Source: Kudoa neothunni
Lineage: Eukaryota; Animalia; Cnidaria
Assembly (NCBI GenBank): GCA_964304625.1
Contig: OZ199838.1
Span: 16,983,853 to 17,047,852, forward strand
Length of the DNA: 64,000 bases
Direction: 5' to 3'
Shown here: piece after piece, positions 13,471-27,891 of the stretch
Layout: each line of letters starts with the position of its first letter
Position numbering within the stretch: position 1 is the stretch's first letter
Translations under genes and position numbers: made by a program
Notes under the pieces: model-generated
Told to the model about the DNA's origin: nothing
Seen by the model: only the letters and a program-made list of their open reading frames with translations
Databases searched by the model: none

Positions 13471-15303
13471 CAGCAGGCATCCGATTTTGCACACTTTTCT
13501 CAATCATCTTTTGACTGAATTTTTGTTTGACATCAATTAAATAATAAAGATGTCCATAACTCGTATTAAAATTGTTAGAAATGTAGAAGAGAAATATAAT
13601 ATAATATTTTGAAAGTTTACCCTATTTTTAACGCTAAGATAGCGACAGTAAAACATTTCCAAATTTCGAATATCGCCACCCTAAATGGGATTCTTCGTAA
13701 GAAATTAGAAATAATTTCCATCGTTAGAGAAGGATTTGCATCGACTAAAAGAAAAAAACATTCATAATGGATCAAACATTGATTCATTACGAAGGTGTTT
13801 ATGATTGGATATGTTTGATTAGGGGGAACAAATAGAACCGTCGCCCCTGATATCGTAAATAAAAGAATTGAGCTTTCTGTAGAAAATAAGAAACCAGAAC
13901 ATGTGACAATTGGTTGGTTTAAGAGCTTTAAAAAGCGATTTAATCTAAGAAAAATTAATATCCATGTCGAATTCGCAGATATAGATTCTGTGGTTGTGAA
14001 GAATGGATTCCACAACTTAAAGTCATGTTAAAATTATAGCTCAGATTATATATATATATATATATAGTATCGACGAATCTGCATTATTCTACTAGCAACA
14101 GAGAGATATATGCAGTTTTTAACGTTTTGATTTATTTTATCGATAAAAGTTTTGTAGTTTCATCAGAAAGAAATATAAAGAGGACAAAACAATCGATGAA
14201 TCGAGTAACTATTTTATTAGGTCTCTCAATGAGTGGTGGAATACTCGAATCACTAATAATCGACAAACACAAAATCTCTCGTTGTTTTAAGAATATTAAA
14301 AAACTTCCTGTGTCATATGATAAAAATAATAAATGTTGGATGAATAATGATGGATTCTTAAGATATATAACCTAGCTTAATTAATTATTTGCAAAAAGGA
14401 ATACACAGGCGTTATTGTTCCTTTATAATGCATCATGTTTCTGTAGAAAAAATTTGAGCAACATAAAAATGGGGTTTCTCCGCCAAAAACTACGAGTGTT
14501 TTGCAACCTCTTGATCAGTGGATAATATATTCGTTTAAATATGCCTACGAAATAGCTATGCTTAAACGATATATTGCTCGTGTTGAAACAGGTATTGATC
14601 CCATCCCTCCGAACATATTAGAGGCAATGTTACTTATAGGAGACGCTTGGAATATGGTTTCTCCATAAACAATTAGAAATTGTTTAAAAAAATATTTTCC
14701 TATTGATAAATTGTCTTCTATACTACTAAGCGATGATTTAATAATAAAACATGCATCTAATAGAGAAATGAGTGATATTATATGCCCAGAGGAAATTAAT
14801 AATGAAATAAAGGGGATAATTCAAGAGGGATATGAAATTTGTTGTTTTTATGATGGCTATTCTACATTAGATTTAGATAGTAGAGATAATTTAGTGGATT
14901 CGGTTAAGGATGGTGATGGATCTGGTGAGGAAGTGCTTGAAGGTAAATCTGAGGATACCCCTGTTCTGAATTTCAAAGAGGTTATTGATTCCATCAGCGA
15001 AATTAAAAAATCCTTTCTGAAAAACGATGTTGATCGATTAAGAATTCTTTCAAATCTTGGGAACGACGTATACGATATCATGTGGAAAAATATTAAACAA
15101 TCGAAAATAACAGATTTTTTCAAATGTTAGAATATAAATATTGTCCATTTTACTATATTGCGTTTTATCTTTATATAAATATATTTTCTCAGTGATTAAG
15201 AGTTAAAATTTTACTTTTAATTGTTAAAAATATAATATTAAAATATGATGTGTGTGCGCCTTTCACGGTCCTGGAGGGATTGTGTAAAATCGATTGCCTA
15301 CTG
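13471..15303 (+). mobile_element. pogo/Tigger-family DNA transposon with disrupted transposase
   Basis: TIRs cagcaggcatccgattttgcaca / revcomp cagtaggcaatcgattttacaca, with TA on the left. Fragments include GWFKSFKKRFNL, DESALF, RVTILL, WMN, TTSVLQPLDQ and the C-terminal KQSKITDFF. Confidence 0.85.
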
Positions 15304-16094
15304 TGTTTATATCTCTCTTAGATCTAAGGAGTAAAAAATCAAATAAATAAATTTATTATTATGAATTTCTCGAAAAAGTTATTCTCAACTAAAAAATGAC
15401 AGATTTCTAAATGTTAATTATTTTACCTAATATATAAAAAGTGTAAATAACACATATTATTAAATGGAATAAAATTATGATGCGCGTCAGAATGATACAT
15501 ATTTTTTTAAATTAAAAATGGCTTATATTTTGAAATCTCGCTATGAAGTAATCTGGATTGGCTGAAACATCCGATTATAGATAAATATGCAATTCTCCGA
15601 ACAATCTTTAAAGCATAGATTCCCAACCTTTATTCTATCGCGTCCTACTTTTTTTTGAAAACAATTCCGTACTCCACCTTTTTAAAATTATTGATTTTTT
15701 TTAATTAAAACTGTTTATGAGTCTGAATAAAGCTCCGTATCATGTGAAAATCCGAAAGCAGTTCATATATACTTCTCATTAAAATTAAAATGTATTCGAT
15801 CAGATCTAACTTAATTTTTCGATAGACCTTTAAAATTAATATCTTTGGTTCCTCAGTCCATCAAAAACAGCATCAAGTGGAACTCGTAGTAATCCAACCT
15901 TCATTAGAAAAGACTTTAGTGTATACGGGGTTGATGAACCGAAAATCAACAATTTAAATACAGAATTAATCGATATTATATTAGGTTTAATCAAAATAAT
16001 GGGGGTGTATGATTTGAAATGAGATAATATTGCGATTAGAAGCATTCAGAATCTATTAGGATGGAGGGCATGTTAAATTTATTATAATTTTATA

Positions 16095-16176
16095 CAGTCG
16101 GATCTAGATATAAAGTGATTCGATATTGCGTCATTTTTCGCGGTCACAAAAATTACGCAATATCCAATCTCGACTG
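16095..16176. mobile_element. 82-bp pogo-type MITE
   Basis: TA-CAGTCGGATCTAGATAT...ATATCCAATCTCGACTG-TA. The internal GATATTGCG/CGCAATATC motif also occurs in the TIRs of the 27892-29814 element. Confidence 0.65.
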
Positions 16177-16439
16177 TACGCATTTGGTTGAGCATTAATT
16201 GATTCATACAAATTTTCCTGAGCGCTAGAACATTCAAATGTCCGCACACGCGCGGTCAAAGTTCAACAATGTTTTCTCGTTAATTATTCAAAAATTACTC
16301 TACAACAAATCTTCTCATTACACGGGAATAATCAACTATTATTTTCCAATAATTTTGTTGAAAAAAACCTAGGACGTATTTACACCCCAATTTTATTCGG
16401 AAGGTGTAAACTTTCATGTGACTTAGAGGGTTAATGGAA

Positions 16440-17070
16440 GAAATGTGACACGGTTTCTTTTTTTTATTTGAATAAAAAATATTCGAGTTTTTACTATTAA
16501 TTCCACCAAAAAACCACTGCTCCTCTATCCTCCAACCACGATTATATTTTCTTTTGCGGAATTTTGATTAATCGAAGCCAACAACCTCTCCAGATCCTTA
16601 TGACTTATTACATATGATTGAAATACATGGTTACCTCCTATCAGTTGAGAATCAAATAGTTGATTTTCTCCGTAACGGGATCTAAATTCCATTTTCCAAT
16701 CCACAAGGGTTGAGATGGATCCTATCCGTAAATCCGATTGGATATATGCATTTTTGCACTTATACAACCAGTAGTAAATCATTAAGGGTATTGTCTACCT
16801 TGAAGAATTAAAATGTTTATTAACAAGAGTTTCATTCTTTACTTTATGTTTGAAAATTGAAACAGGGAATTTGATCTTACGGAAATGAATTTTCTATATT
16901 TTTTGTGGTTCCTTCTTCATGCAACCTTGATGAATTTCAGTTTTGACTCCTTAACAAATTTACTCGCCCTAGCAGTACGTTTTGTGTAAATGCCACTTCT
17001 GTTTTTTGTTAGGTCAAACTCCATCAGAAATTTTCTTTATCTGAATAAATTTTGTATATTTTGCTTGTAT
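16440..17070 (-). mobile_element. Merlin (IS1595/ISXO2-like) transposase fragment
   Basis: IYYWL...STLVDW...IGGNHVFQ, then after a frameshift SKFRKRKYNRGWRIEEQWFFGGI, typical of the Merlin N-terminal and first-D region. Confidence 0.7.
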
Positions 17071-17819
17071 TGAACAACTTCTTCATATTTGCGCCATTAC
17101 AACTTGTTTCATAGTAATAACGCAACGTCGTTATCCTCAATAGAATAGCAATTCAACAGTCTTTTATATTTACGACATAAGGGTTTGATATTCTCTGTTT
17201 TATGACTTTGTGCTGTTATTTCTTTAAAATTAAATAATCTTTTGTTGAATCCTTTGAAATACACACCATTTTTGTATGTTACATTTATTTTAATATAACA
17301 ATTTTATTTATGTATTACAAACTGCGCTAAAAAATAAATAACAATGTTTATACGAAAGAAACTCATCACAAATTTAATGTTAATTAACCCTCCGTGGCAC
17401 ACATGGAGTCCATTGGACCCCACGAAGAAAAATTAGATGTAAATTGTCACATACATTATTTTAATTGAATGTTTTAAAACAGTTGTCGCATATAACGTTA
17501 GAGTGTTCCTTGCAAACCTGATTTTTGCAACTGTGACACTCTGTTCGGGTTTTTTATCGTTTTGGCGAGAACACAAATGGCAACTTTTTTGGCGATGAGA
17601 TTGTTGGATTCTTGAGAAAAATTGATTTTTGGTGGTTCTGTAAAGTTTTAAATAAAATAAATTATGTTTAATCCACCGCCAATCTTTGCCTCCGGCAAAC
17701 CTGACAGGCGCGTGCGCACTAGAGTTTCTTTTTATTTAGTCTTTTTGTAGGTTTAAATTATAGTTATGCAATAATAACTACGTATATCAATCAATTGTAT
17801 TATAGATATTCTTATTTTT

Positions 17820-19640
17820 AAAATATAATTGGTGTATTATAATAGATCAGTTGGCACGTATGCATACCTTTTCTTTTCTCAATGAAATGCGTTGCTATTT
17901 GCTTTTGTGTGTTTTCAATATAAAATAAAATTCATAATCCTATTGTATAATTAGTATTTAAATCGGATATCACGTTAATGCTTAAAAACTGATGGAAAGT
18001 ATGTAAATATTGTCACTTATTTTTGGTGGCATATAAACACTGATGGCTAAAACTATCGCTTATAAGCCGGCATCATTTAGTTCTTTTATATAATATTTAA
18101 ATCCAACTTACTCACCATAATAGAAACATAAACATTAAAAATCGATCTTATAAAGTTTTTAGTTTTATTTTTTGGCATTTAGTATTATATATATGAGAGG
18201 GTGAATTTAATTTTACCCTGAGTCTTAAGATTTAATAATAATATACGAAAGATGTTAAGGAATAAAAGTTATATACAATATATATTGTATATTTAATATG
18301 ATGTAAGCATTAACAAATGATTAACGATAATAAATAATATGATTAGAATAAAATAAAATCAATACCACAATTTTTCGATCTATTCTGTTTGCACCTAATA
18401 AAAATACGATAGTAACATACATGCATTTTTGGAATGTTTCCTATATTTCTTATGTTATTATTTAAGTTTATATAAACCGTATCAAGTACAATTAATAAGT
18501 AAAATTCCTCTGCATGTAACAATGTTATAATTTGTTAATTATTTCTAATCATTAAACTGCAGTTTGAATTCAACATTTACCAGCGATGAGATTTATTAAA
18601 TTTTATGGGGTACAATTTTTGAATAAATTCTTGACTATCCCCCCATAAAGTGAATTATATGGGTTAGAACAGTATGTAACCGAGTTCCTGTTATACCTTT
18701 GTCCAAAAATACTTAAAATGCAACGCGGATCAATTTTTGTAATTTTATGAACGCTTTAAGAATATATAATGTGTGATACTTTTTTGAAATTTATATCCAA
18801 CTATTTATTAAAAAATTACGTTTTTTAACTTTATTAAACATTTGAAATGTAATATTTGTGATTGTATCTAATAAATTCATTATTTTATTTAAAAAGACAG
18901 TATCAATCTCTAGGGCGGATTTATAACCTGTTTAACCATTGAATATGCCATCTTCCATCAACTCATCGTCTTTAATTTCTGTCAACAATTTATTAAATGG
19001 AGTTAATATATTAATCCCCGGCACAAATTTAAATTAATGGAAACTACTTAACTTAGTTATTACCAAATCCTGTTGAATAATTTAGAAATTTTCAAAGAAA
19101 AATTCATTATTTCTTAAACTTATATTTTTTCTAATTTAATCAACTATATTAACACATTCTTTAGAAGCTAAATATTTTCATCATTTGAGTCAAAAAAGTT
19201 GCCTGATTACATATTAGTTATAAATTATTTATGTTACGGTTAACACCAAAAAATTGATAATGAATCAAATATTATTTGTTTTGAGTTAAAAAGATAAATC
19301 GAGATTTAAAACCTGGAAAAAAAAACATTTTTACGAATACGAATAAATTAAGTTTACAATTTGCTAACCTTACCACCATTTATATTTATGGGAATAGTCA
19401 TTTTTTGATGAACCTTTTGGGAGATTATTTCTATTTTATAAAGGTAAGCCAATTTTATAAGATACAGTTATATCTTCTATCTTTCTCAATACAGCAGCCA
19501 AAAAAATGCATGGGAATGGAAAATAAAGGAACTGAAGCAGAATCTACAATTCTGATCTGTAAATTTTAAAAAGGTCTATCATTCCATCGATAATTTTAAT
19601 TTATATATTCGTTTCCATTTCCTAACATATAGAATATATA
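17820..19640 (-). pseudogene. Intron-rich gene-like tract, product unknown, multiple in-frame stops
   Basis: A regular series of minus-strand acceptor and donor sites (e.g. tttccag, gtgagt, gtatgt, gtaaat) bounds 20-150 nt segments. No stop-free spliced frame was found. Confidence 0.3.
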
Positions 19641-20733
19641 AAAATATGCCAGATTAATTAATAAATATGTATGTATATGTGCGGAATTTTAAAATTGAAT
19701 GTAATATATAGTTTAAAGACAAAAATTGAGTTTTTTGGGTAATTATAAATTTATTTGTTTGACATGTAATTAATTTTGATCATGCTTAAGGTATTTATAT
19801 TAACCCTACAAATACTTAAAATAATATCTATGTGTATGTGTAGTTGTTTGTAAAATTCAATTTGTAGATAGATGATTAAAGTATTATCCTGAAATAAAAC
19901 ACAGGAAACTAATATAATCGCCATATAAAAAATTTATTAACTAAAATAAAATTATTTCATTGCAACTACAAGAATACAGATTTATATACGTACGCTAAAA
20001 GTAAAAAACCCCTAATATAAACCCATGGGTGGCTAAAGGCGCATGCGATATTAACGAATTCGTCAAAGATAAGATGTTTTGTATGTAATAGGTAAGATAG
20101 TTAGTTAAAAACATTCTTATCCTTTCTTAAACATCATAACTATAGTAATTTATAAATATCTTTCATATTATATTATTCCATTTTGTAAGAACTTAAATAA
20201 TTAAATAATAGGTCGGTGAAAACATTTGGAATTATAAAATAATTAATATTGGAAATAAACGCTGTTATATTCTTAATAAATAAAAAATTGATTAAATTTA
20301 AAAAAAAACAAGAGTAACTAGGTAAGAATAAATTGTTGTCACAAGATTGGCGAAAGGTCTGACAGGTATCCGGAAAATCTAAATGTAATTAAAAGTTGCT
20401 ATAAAAATACCTGCGGTTATTGGTTATTTCTATGACGAATTCTTGTTCTGAAAATCTAAATGTAGTATTAATTGATGCGAAGGCGGAGAAAATATTTTTA
20501 CAGAGAAAATGCAATACTTATGCTAAAAAGGAAGGAAAATTTGTTAAACGGAAAGGTTTGAATTTATGTTCGAAAAATATATATTGAGTGATAACGAGAA
20601 TTAAAAAATAATCTAAGGGAGAAAAAATGATGCTTTTCAAGTGATCTGCGAATACATGGAAATGACACATATGATCACACATTTTTCAATATCGATAACC
20701 TGGAACTTCTATTTAATAGCAATTTTTTCCTGT

Positions 20734-20820
20734 ACTCATTATCACTCATTATCACTCATTATCACTCATTATCACTCATCATCACTCATCATCACTCATC
20801 ATCACTCATCATCACTCATC
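20734..20820. repeat. 10-bp tandem repeat (ATCACTCATT then ATCACTCATC)
   Basis: About 4 copies of the T variant (the first partial) are followed by 5 copies of the C variant. Confidence 0.95.
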
Positions 20821-20899
20821 ATTATCAGCGACAGCATACGAATTAGAAAAACTAAGATATTATAAAGCGAAATGCAGGTAGGGGAAATTGGGGTTACTC

Positions 20900-22303
20900 T
20901 ATATACCAGTTATATTCTTTGGAAATAGCCTGAACGAAGAATGTATCGTAATATCGATGGTAACTCTCACATAAAGCTTTCAACTTATCCATTTTTAATT
21001 TAACATCTTTACTCCGAGGATCATTATTAGGATTGCATAAATAAAACATGGCTTCTTGTTCAACTGAGCTTTGTCGCTCGTAAATTTTTAATAAAAGTTA
21101 GTAGACCTGAATGTGCTTGATCAAACCTAGCATAAAAATGTCGATGGAAACTTTCTGCATTATTGGAGGTTAGAGGTATGTCATTAAGGGTTCGAGAATG
21201 AGCGTTCCATGATTCAACAGTGTATTTGTTACTATTAATGAAGTTCTTCTCAAAATAACTTAGGAATAGATTCAAATTCTTTATTTCAATTTTCTTGGCT
21301 TGTAGAAGTAATTTTTCAAATTCTATCTTCACGCAATCTTTCGGCACAAAGGCTAACGAAGTAACGCACTTGACAAAAAGTTTAAACTCAATATCTTCCT
21401 GATAAAACTTTGATAGACCCAATTTATGCAATCTTCGATTAACGCATTGGCCAAGATGGGACAAGCAGAAGAACACATTATGTTTTGTTTCTTTTTTAAA
21501 TGCATTATACGCGGCAACCTCAAAATCTATGATAATGTTGGGAAGTTCCAGGTTTCCTTTCTCTCTTATAATTTGAATAATACGGTCATAGCTGCTCTCC
21601 GACCTATCTGTCATTAAAATAAACACCAACGGTAATATTTTGTTAAAAACGTGACCATGAATGGTGTACATTTGGGAGAACGTTCCGTCGCAAACCCAGA
21701 ATTTGGAATGTTTCAGGTGCGAAAGATTTTCTTCTGTTGTAAAAATAATAATTCTATTGCTATCCTCGGATCCAGAATCGTATATACAAAAATTTTTGTT
21801 CCTTAAGGTCACTATCGATCCGCAAAGATTTGTCTCAGGATTTACATCAATACTCTTTCGTTTTCGTATATCTCGAATCACCTGATAAACGGACTTTTTT
21901 GGAATATTTGGACATCTTCTTGATTAGTTGCAATATCATACACTTTATTAGTTGGATATACAGTATTTTCTGCGATATGCTTGATTTTATCCTTGAAAAA
22001 TTGTTTGTTTTTTTTCTTCCTCGGATACTAAGTGACTATGAAAACCTAGCGTATCCAACCTCTCTATCTGTTCTGTCAGAAATGTTCTTAACCTACCTTT
22101 ACATCCTCGTTTTTGACACCTCCAATACTGACAAACTTTTGTTTTATAATCTTTATTATAAAAACCCATTATAAAAAATATCTTTTTTCGTCTTGGTAAT
22201 AATAAAATCAGCACTAATTTCTTGGTTCATGATTTTATACGCGCGCCGATGATTATATACGAGAAAACGCGCATGCGCGACTCCGGCAAAACTTGGGCGT
22301 CCC
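20900..22303 (-). mobile_element. MULE (Mutator-like) element with FLYWCH domain, frameshifted
   Basis: YWRCQKRGCKGR (FLYWCH), WVCDGTF, MYTIHG, LPLVFILM, IIDFEVA, FCLSHLGQ, TSNNAESFH. A GC-rich terminus ends ...TTGGGCGTCCC at 22303; the other TIR was not found. Confidence 0.85.
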
Positions 22304-23970
22304 TAAGTTGTTGGCAAGTAAACTATATCGTACGATGGCATCCTTATTATCCACAGAGTCAATCTTATTTTTGACTGTACGCATCGAGACATTCCACACT
22401 CAACCCTGCTTTCGATTAGACTGTTCACATGGACGGACAATATGTATGCACAATTCATCGAATCATTCATCGCTACGACGAACTAGGCGAATACCAGAGA
22501 GTAGAGTTGTGGAAACAACAATATGGCCTGAGTGTGATTTAGAATCACAGTGAATGCATATTTCAAATCGAAATCCACTTGCTTCTATTTCTTCTCAGGA
22601 GTCACACCAACACTCACAACGTAATTGCCGACGAGCAAAGAGAACGAAGACGAGAAGAAAATAGAGTAAGAAATAGAAATCGACGTGTATGTGAGACGAC
22701 TCAACAGAGTCCTGCAGTGTCACCTATAAATGAACACAACACAGGATCAGACAGTAAATTTGTACCTGAACCTTATTACACTCCTGTTCTATTAGGTCAA
22801 CAAACGCGAAGTATGCCTGATGATACTTGGAATATGGTCGCTTTGCATTACGAACGTTGCTACAACATGAAAATGAAACGAATATTACAATTTGGAAAAT
22901 GTCGAAAATTTGTCCAAAATGCCGCGCTAAGAAGTGGATAAACGAATTTTCGGGTATGTGTTGTTCCGGCGGTAATGTTATTTTGGACACACTACCTGAT
23001 TCATCTCATTTTCTATGAAGACTCCGGAATTTCAAGACACTTTCTACAAAATATCCGAAAATACAACTTCACTTTCCAGATGACATCTTTTGGAGCGAAC
23101 GTAATTTGTAGGAACAGATTCATGCCTACTTTACTTTTAAGGTTCACGGTCGAATGTGTCATCGAATTGAATCGCTATTGACTTCTGAAAATGAGGAACG
23201 AAATTCTTGCGATTATATTTCGTACAAAACATGTATTTTCAAGCTCAAAATCGATCCAATATGTATCTCTAGCATAGGCATAATATTATTTTAGCGCTTC
23301 AAGATATGTATGTTACACAGACACACTAGCTACATCCACAGTTTTAGGCATGACTTAGAAATGCACCCGTCTTCTGATTTTGATATAATTATAAACTCTG
23401 ATAAGCTTCCACAGGGAGAAAATGAGAGAAAATACAACTCTCCAACTTGAAATGAGGTGGCCATCGCAATGACGGATGAGCAGCATTGACGAAGGATATT
23501 GTTTTGAGGAGTACAAACAACAAACTTCAGAGGATAAGCGAAACACACAGATCGCATTATGTATTGCAATATCCATTAACTAATGTCTATGGTCAAGATG
23601 ATTACCATTTTTGTATTTCACAAATTGACGCAAACAAAAGTGTTTCATGTCAGAATTTTTATTCTCTCCATTTTATGGAAACGGAAAAGAATTTTAACAC
23701 GCATCATCACTTTAGGACATTATTCCAACAATATGCTGTAGATATGTTTGTGAAGAGGGAATCAGAGAGACTTTGTTTTATCAGAGCGAAACAAGATGAA
23801 CTTCGTATTGAATCTTACATCAATTTAATTGATAGCATTAGTAGCAACGGTGAAATAAATGGGCGGGGACGGTTGTATACTTTGCCATCGACTTTCGCTT
23901 TCGTAGGTTCACCACGCTATATAAACGAGAGGATGCAGCTTGCCATGACCTACGTTTGATGTTTTGGAGG
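22304..23970 (+). mobile_element. Helitron fragment (copy A; N-terminal part of Rep/helicase), truncated
   Basis: MSKICPKCRAKKW...MCCSGG, FLQNIRKYN.TFQMTSFG, LQYPL, LFQQYAVDMFVK.ESERL, LPSTF..GSPRY. Inverted homolog of 40810-48349. Confidence 0.9.
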
Positions 23971-23979
23971 ATAACATTC

Positions 23980-24960
23980 GAGTGCAATCCATTTTATGTT
24001 ATTTTGGTAGATTAATACAGGAGATTAACAAACCATTAGCTGGGGCGCAATTATTATTGTTGTTGTTATTGTTGCTTTGTGGTGTCTCTCCCTTACGTTC
24101 ACAATATCAAGTGCTTTAATATCACCAAGTTAAACATAGCACCGATTACAAGAACCATTTGAAAGAAAAGTCTGCAGATCAGTTTGAATTAAAAGAAATA
24201 TTTTATCTGGGAGTGAAATATGGATGACTGTATCAAAGTATTGATGTGTATGAGGTATGGAGTGGAAGGATGGCTATACCAAGTTATATTGAAATGATTT
24301 ATTTGCCACATTGTTGATTAATTGAAGTAAATGAATTTCCGTTAAAGACTTTAGCTGATTTACAGGGCAAATTCGTTTCGAAATTAACAACGGCACATGT
24401 GATCGCACCTGACTTTTATCCTAACTATAAAAAGTTTGAATGTTTAAAGTGGATTACACATAATGATGAAGTTAATAATGCAGTTATATGTATATTTTCG
24501 ACAAATTTTGATTTTTTCAAAATAAAACGTTAAAATGTACAAGATAATAAATCCTTCTTTGATTCCATTCTAAGTTAACCTATATTTTGTCGAAAAATAA
24601 GACTCGTGGATACTATTGACACTTTGTTGCTCTCGTCGAACATCACTGGTCATCACTGGTGTAGGGCAGAAATACGAAATTATTTTAACGAATCCGTTTA
24701 AAAAATATATGATGATTCTCTAATTTATTGGGCTCATTCTAGCCATTCTAACATCAAACATCTTGTGAGTTCGATTTGTTTTATCCCAGTAAATTCTGCG
24801 GATTGTAAGACATGCCTCAAGGGCTGGATTAATGTCACAAAAGATCCGTTATCATTTAAAGGCATGTCGTTTTGAAAGTCTGTTCTTCTCAGAAATTATG
24901 ATTCCTCTAAATCATTATAATAGTTGTTGAATCAGATTAAACGTTCGGAGGTTTTTTAAA
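23980..24960 (+). mobile_element. hAT transposase remnant (C-terminal dimerisation domain)
   Basis: AEIRNYFNE...DSLIYW...IPVNSADC, then after a frameshift SRAGLMSQKIRYHL...FESLFF. 24860-24955 also matches 10041-10140 in reverse orientation. Confidence 0.55.
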
Positions 24961-25079
24961 GGCATTGCGTAAACCCGGCTGTTTCAATATGGAGTATCTA
25001 GGGTGGGACGCGGACAAATTTTATTGAACGTTATACCACCCTGATTAATATGCAATTAGGAAATCTGAGAAAGTATCGA

Positions 25080-26560
25080 TAATTGGATGATAAAGTTAAA
25101 ATAATAAACTATGATGATATAAAAAATTTCGGTAGCTTGAATGCTAAACCCGTTGAGATATTTGAATTTAAATCGGAATCTTCCTTGAACAGCATAATAT
25201 TAAAAAATAGCAGTATTCTGGAAGATTATAACAATGGGGACCTATATCACAACAGAGAAACCTTAAGAAAAAATAATTTCAACATTTTAGATTCTAAGGT
25301 TAAAGATTGGATTGAGCTAACCAGATCACGTAATATCGAACTCTCTCAGGATGATATAATTAAAAAGTCTACGATTACTCATATAATGTTAAAACACAAT
25401 TCTTAAAGTTGATAGAGGGTGGTACATGTTGGTTCTAAGGATTTTCTTCGAGAGTTGGGTGGAAAGTAACAAATTCATACGTAAATCCAAGAATGTTGTT
25501 CCTAAAATAATATCCGCTTGGAAAGATCAACTGTTAAAGTTGATTGGAAATTATGATCCAAAAGATATTTTTAGTTGGATGAAGCTGGAATATTTTACCA
25601 GCAAAAGATAGTTAAAATATCATTTAAATTTATATCTCCATATGAAATTTAATATATGGTTATGCATTTGAAATGGAGGAAAACTTGCACGGTTCTAGAA
25701 AATCTAGAGAGAGTAACAATTGTTGCGATCTACTCGATGTCAGAAAAAAGACTCATTAATAATTCGCAATCGTGAAACACCTTGATGCTTCCGTGAAATA
25801 AACGACCTCACACCTCCCTATTAAACTAACGTGAAGACTTTATTTTTTCAAAATATCTGATGGTATTATTGAAGCTAAAACTTCTCAATGTAAGGTAGGA
25901 ATCATATGATCTGGTAAAAATTTCAAATCTTGAACTCTGGAATCCCCCACAAGGAACAACCAGCGTATTGCAACAATCAGATCAAGGAATTATTTAAGAT
26001 TGTTAATACATTTACAAAAATCATCTGACGAGTTATTTGATCAATAAAGTTACTGTTAATATTATTAATATTTTTGATAACAATTCAAATAATGATCCTT
26101 CAGATTTACTTGAACATATGTACACGATGAAAGTAATGTGGAAATTAGTGAGTGAAGAAACAATCGAAAACTATTTTAATAAATAATTCTTGTTAATAAT
26201 TGTGGGTCAGGAGGTATTATCATTTCGACTGGAAGAAAATCCCTAGAAAAATCAAATTGAATGTGGGGTTAACATAGAAGAAACTATTTCATTTGAAGAT
26301 CCAGAAGATAAATATGTTAACTCAATAAATAATGAAGTCGACGCAATGAATGTATCCTTTACTCATGAAAATTATTAAAAACCATGCATCGTTTTTTCCA
26401 TTAATGAAGTTATTGAGCATTTTAATAAACTGAGAGAAAATATTTTTGCTTATGACTTACTTATGTTATAAAATAAAACAAAATGGGACTCTTTCGTCTT
26501 TAAAATAAGTCACGGTTCGTAATGGAATGATTAAATAGCTGATTATTCTAAAAAATCTAC
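25080..26560 (+). mobile_element. Degenerate pogo/Tigger transposase remnant
   Basis: LDSKVKDWIELTRSRNIELS, WKDQL...YDPKDIF, DEAGIF, RVTIV, GTTSVLQQSDQGII. No clear TIRs. Confidence 0.7.
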
Positions 26561-26819
26561 ATATTTTCGAATAATTATGATGTATTTATTCGATATTTGT
26601 TGTTTAACATTCAGCTTTGTCTGAATATCTACGAGTTATCATTAATATAAGAAAGAAAATGTAATTTTTGAATACAAAATACGATCGCACGCCATTATTA
26701 TCCATCTGGCATAATGTTCGTGCGAGCATGGATACTGTGTGTACCGCAGGAATACAATTTTGGGGGTAGCTACCGAATATCGTTAGATCCGCGCGAATGA
26801 TTTCCCCAAGATTTTTTAA

Positions 26820-27650
26820 TAATTTTTGCTTGCAATGAGAATAACTCTATCTGTTATCTTATCAATATTTGTATCTTTAAAGCGCCACCTAACTGTGTAA
26901 AATGTAATGGAATTAGCCATTCTATACATCGAAAAAATTGGCGATGCTGCTCCAAAATATGCAGAACAGAAACATCCATTTTTGAGTAGATATTTTTCAG
27001 TAATATGAGAATTAAACTTCATGATTTTTTGGAGTTGTCATATTACTGGTTGGTGAGCGTAAAAAACGTTAATTTGGACACTCTTATCAAACAATTAAGA
27101 AATATTGTCATTATCTTCGTCAGCTGGTAGCAGATAGAATACACTTTGAGGAAATAGTTATTAGAGAAGAAAATATAATTGTAGAGATTGATGAGTTAAA
27201 ATTTGGCAATGTGGAGCATAACGAACGGCATGGGTTCTTGGAGGTGTAGGAAGGACATCTGAACGAAAGATATTTTTGGGGGAAATTCCTGACAAAACCG
27301 CCGACACTCTTAAACAAAACGTTAAAACTTTCGTTTACCTGGTTTGATTATTATAACAGACTGCTTCAAAAGTTATGGAATACTAAATAATTTCTTCACT
27401 CATCTCCCCGTAAATCACAGTATAGAATATGTGGATAGTACCACAGAGGCTCATACAAATACCATCGACGGAACCTAGGATGCTATCAAATAGAAAATAT
27501 CACCGAGGAACAGAACATCTTCGGTTAATGAAGATGTTTTTGTCAGTGTGGATGGATGGTATCAATCAATTTATTGGTGAATTTCAATCGGGATGAAAAT
27601 TCAATCTCGGTTTATGGGATGGTTTTATATCCTCGATAAAACAACTTTAA
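26820..27650 (+). mobile_element. Merlin (IS1595-like DDE) transposase, degenerate
   Basis: IVEIDELKFG, WVLGGV, YTDCFKSY, VNHS..YVDSTTEAHTNTIDGT(W->TAG), KISPRNRT. Confidence 0.8.
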
Positions 27651-27891
27651 TTTACTACCATTTAGATTTGTATTTGCATGTTTTTCGTAGTTTTTTTCGA
27701 TTGCGCTAATCTTATGTTAATTTAATGTTAGGGAGTTTATATCAAAGTTCAGCCTAATTTTTAATATAAACAAAAATTTCATCGTATTAAATGAGTGTTG
27801 TTAAAATGGTCATTAATTAAGGCATTAACACCAGCTGTACCAACTATTATCCCCATAATTGATAAGTAATAATAATTTTACATTAGCAATA

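Noticed and set aside
20641-20865. His/Ser-rich ORF or CRISPR-like array
   Set aside because: It is the translation of a spacer-less 10-bp tandem repeat. There are no spacers or cas genes, and the DNA is eukaryotic.
26820-27650. Bacterial IS1595/IS630 contamination
   Set aside because: Merlin and Tc1-like elements are established eukaryotic relatives of these IS families, and here they are interleaved with intron-containing genes.
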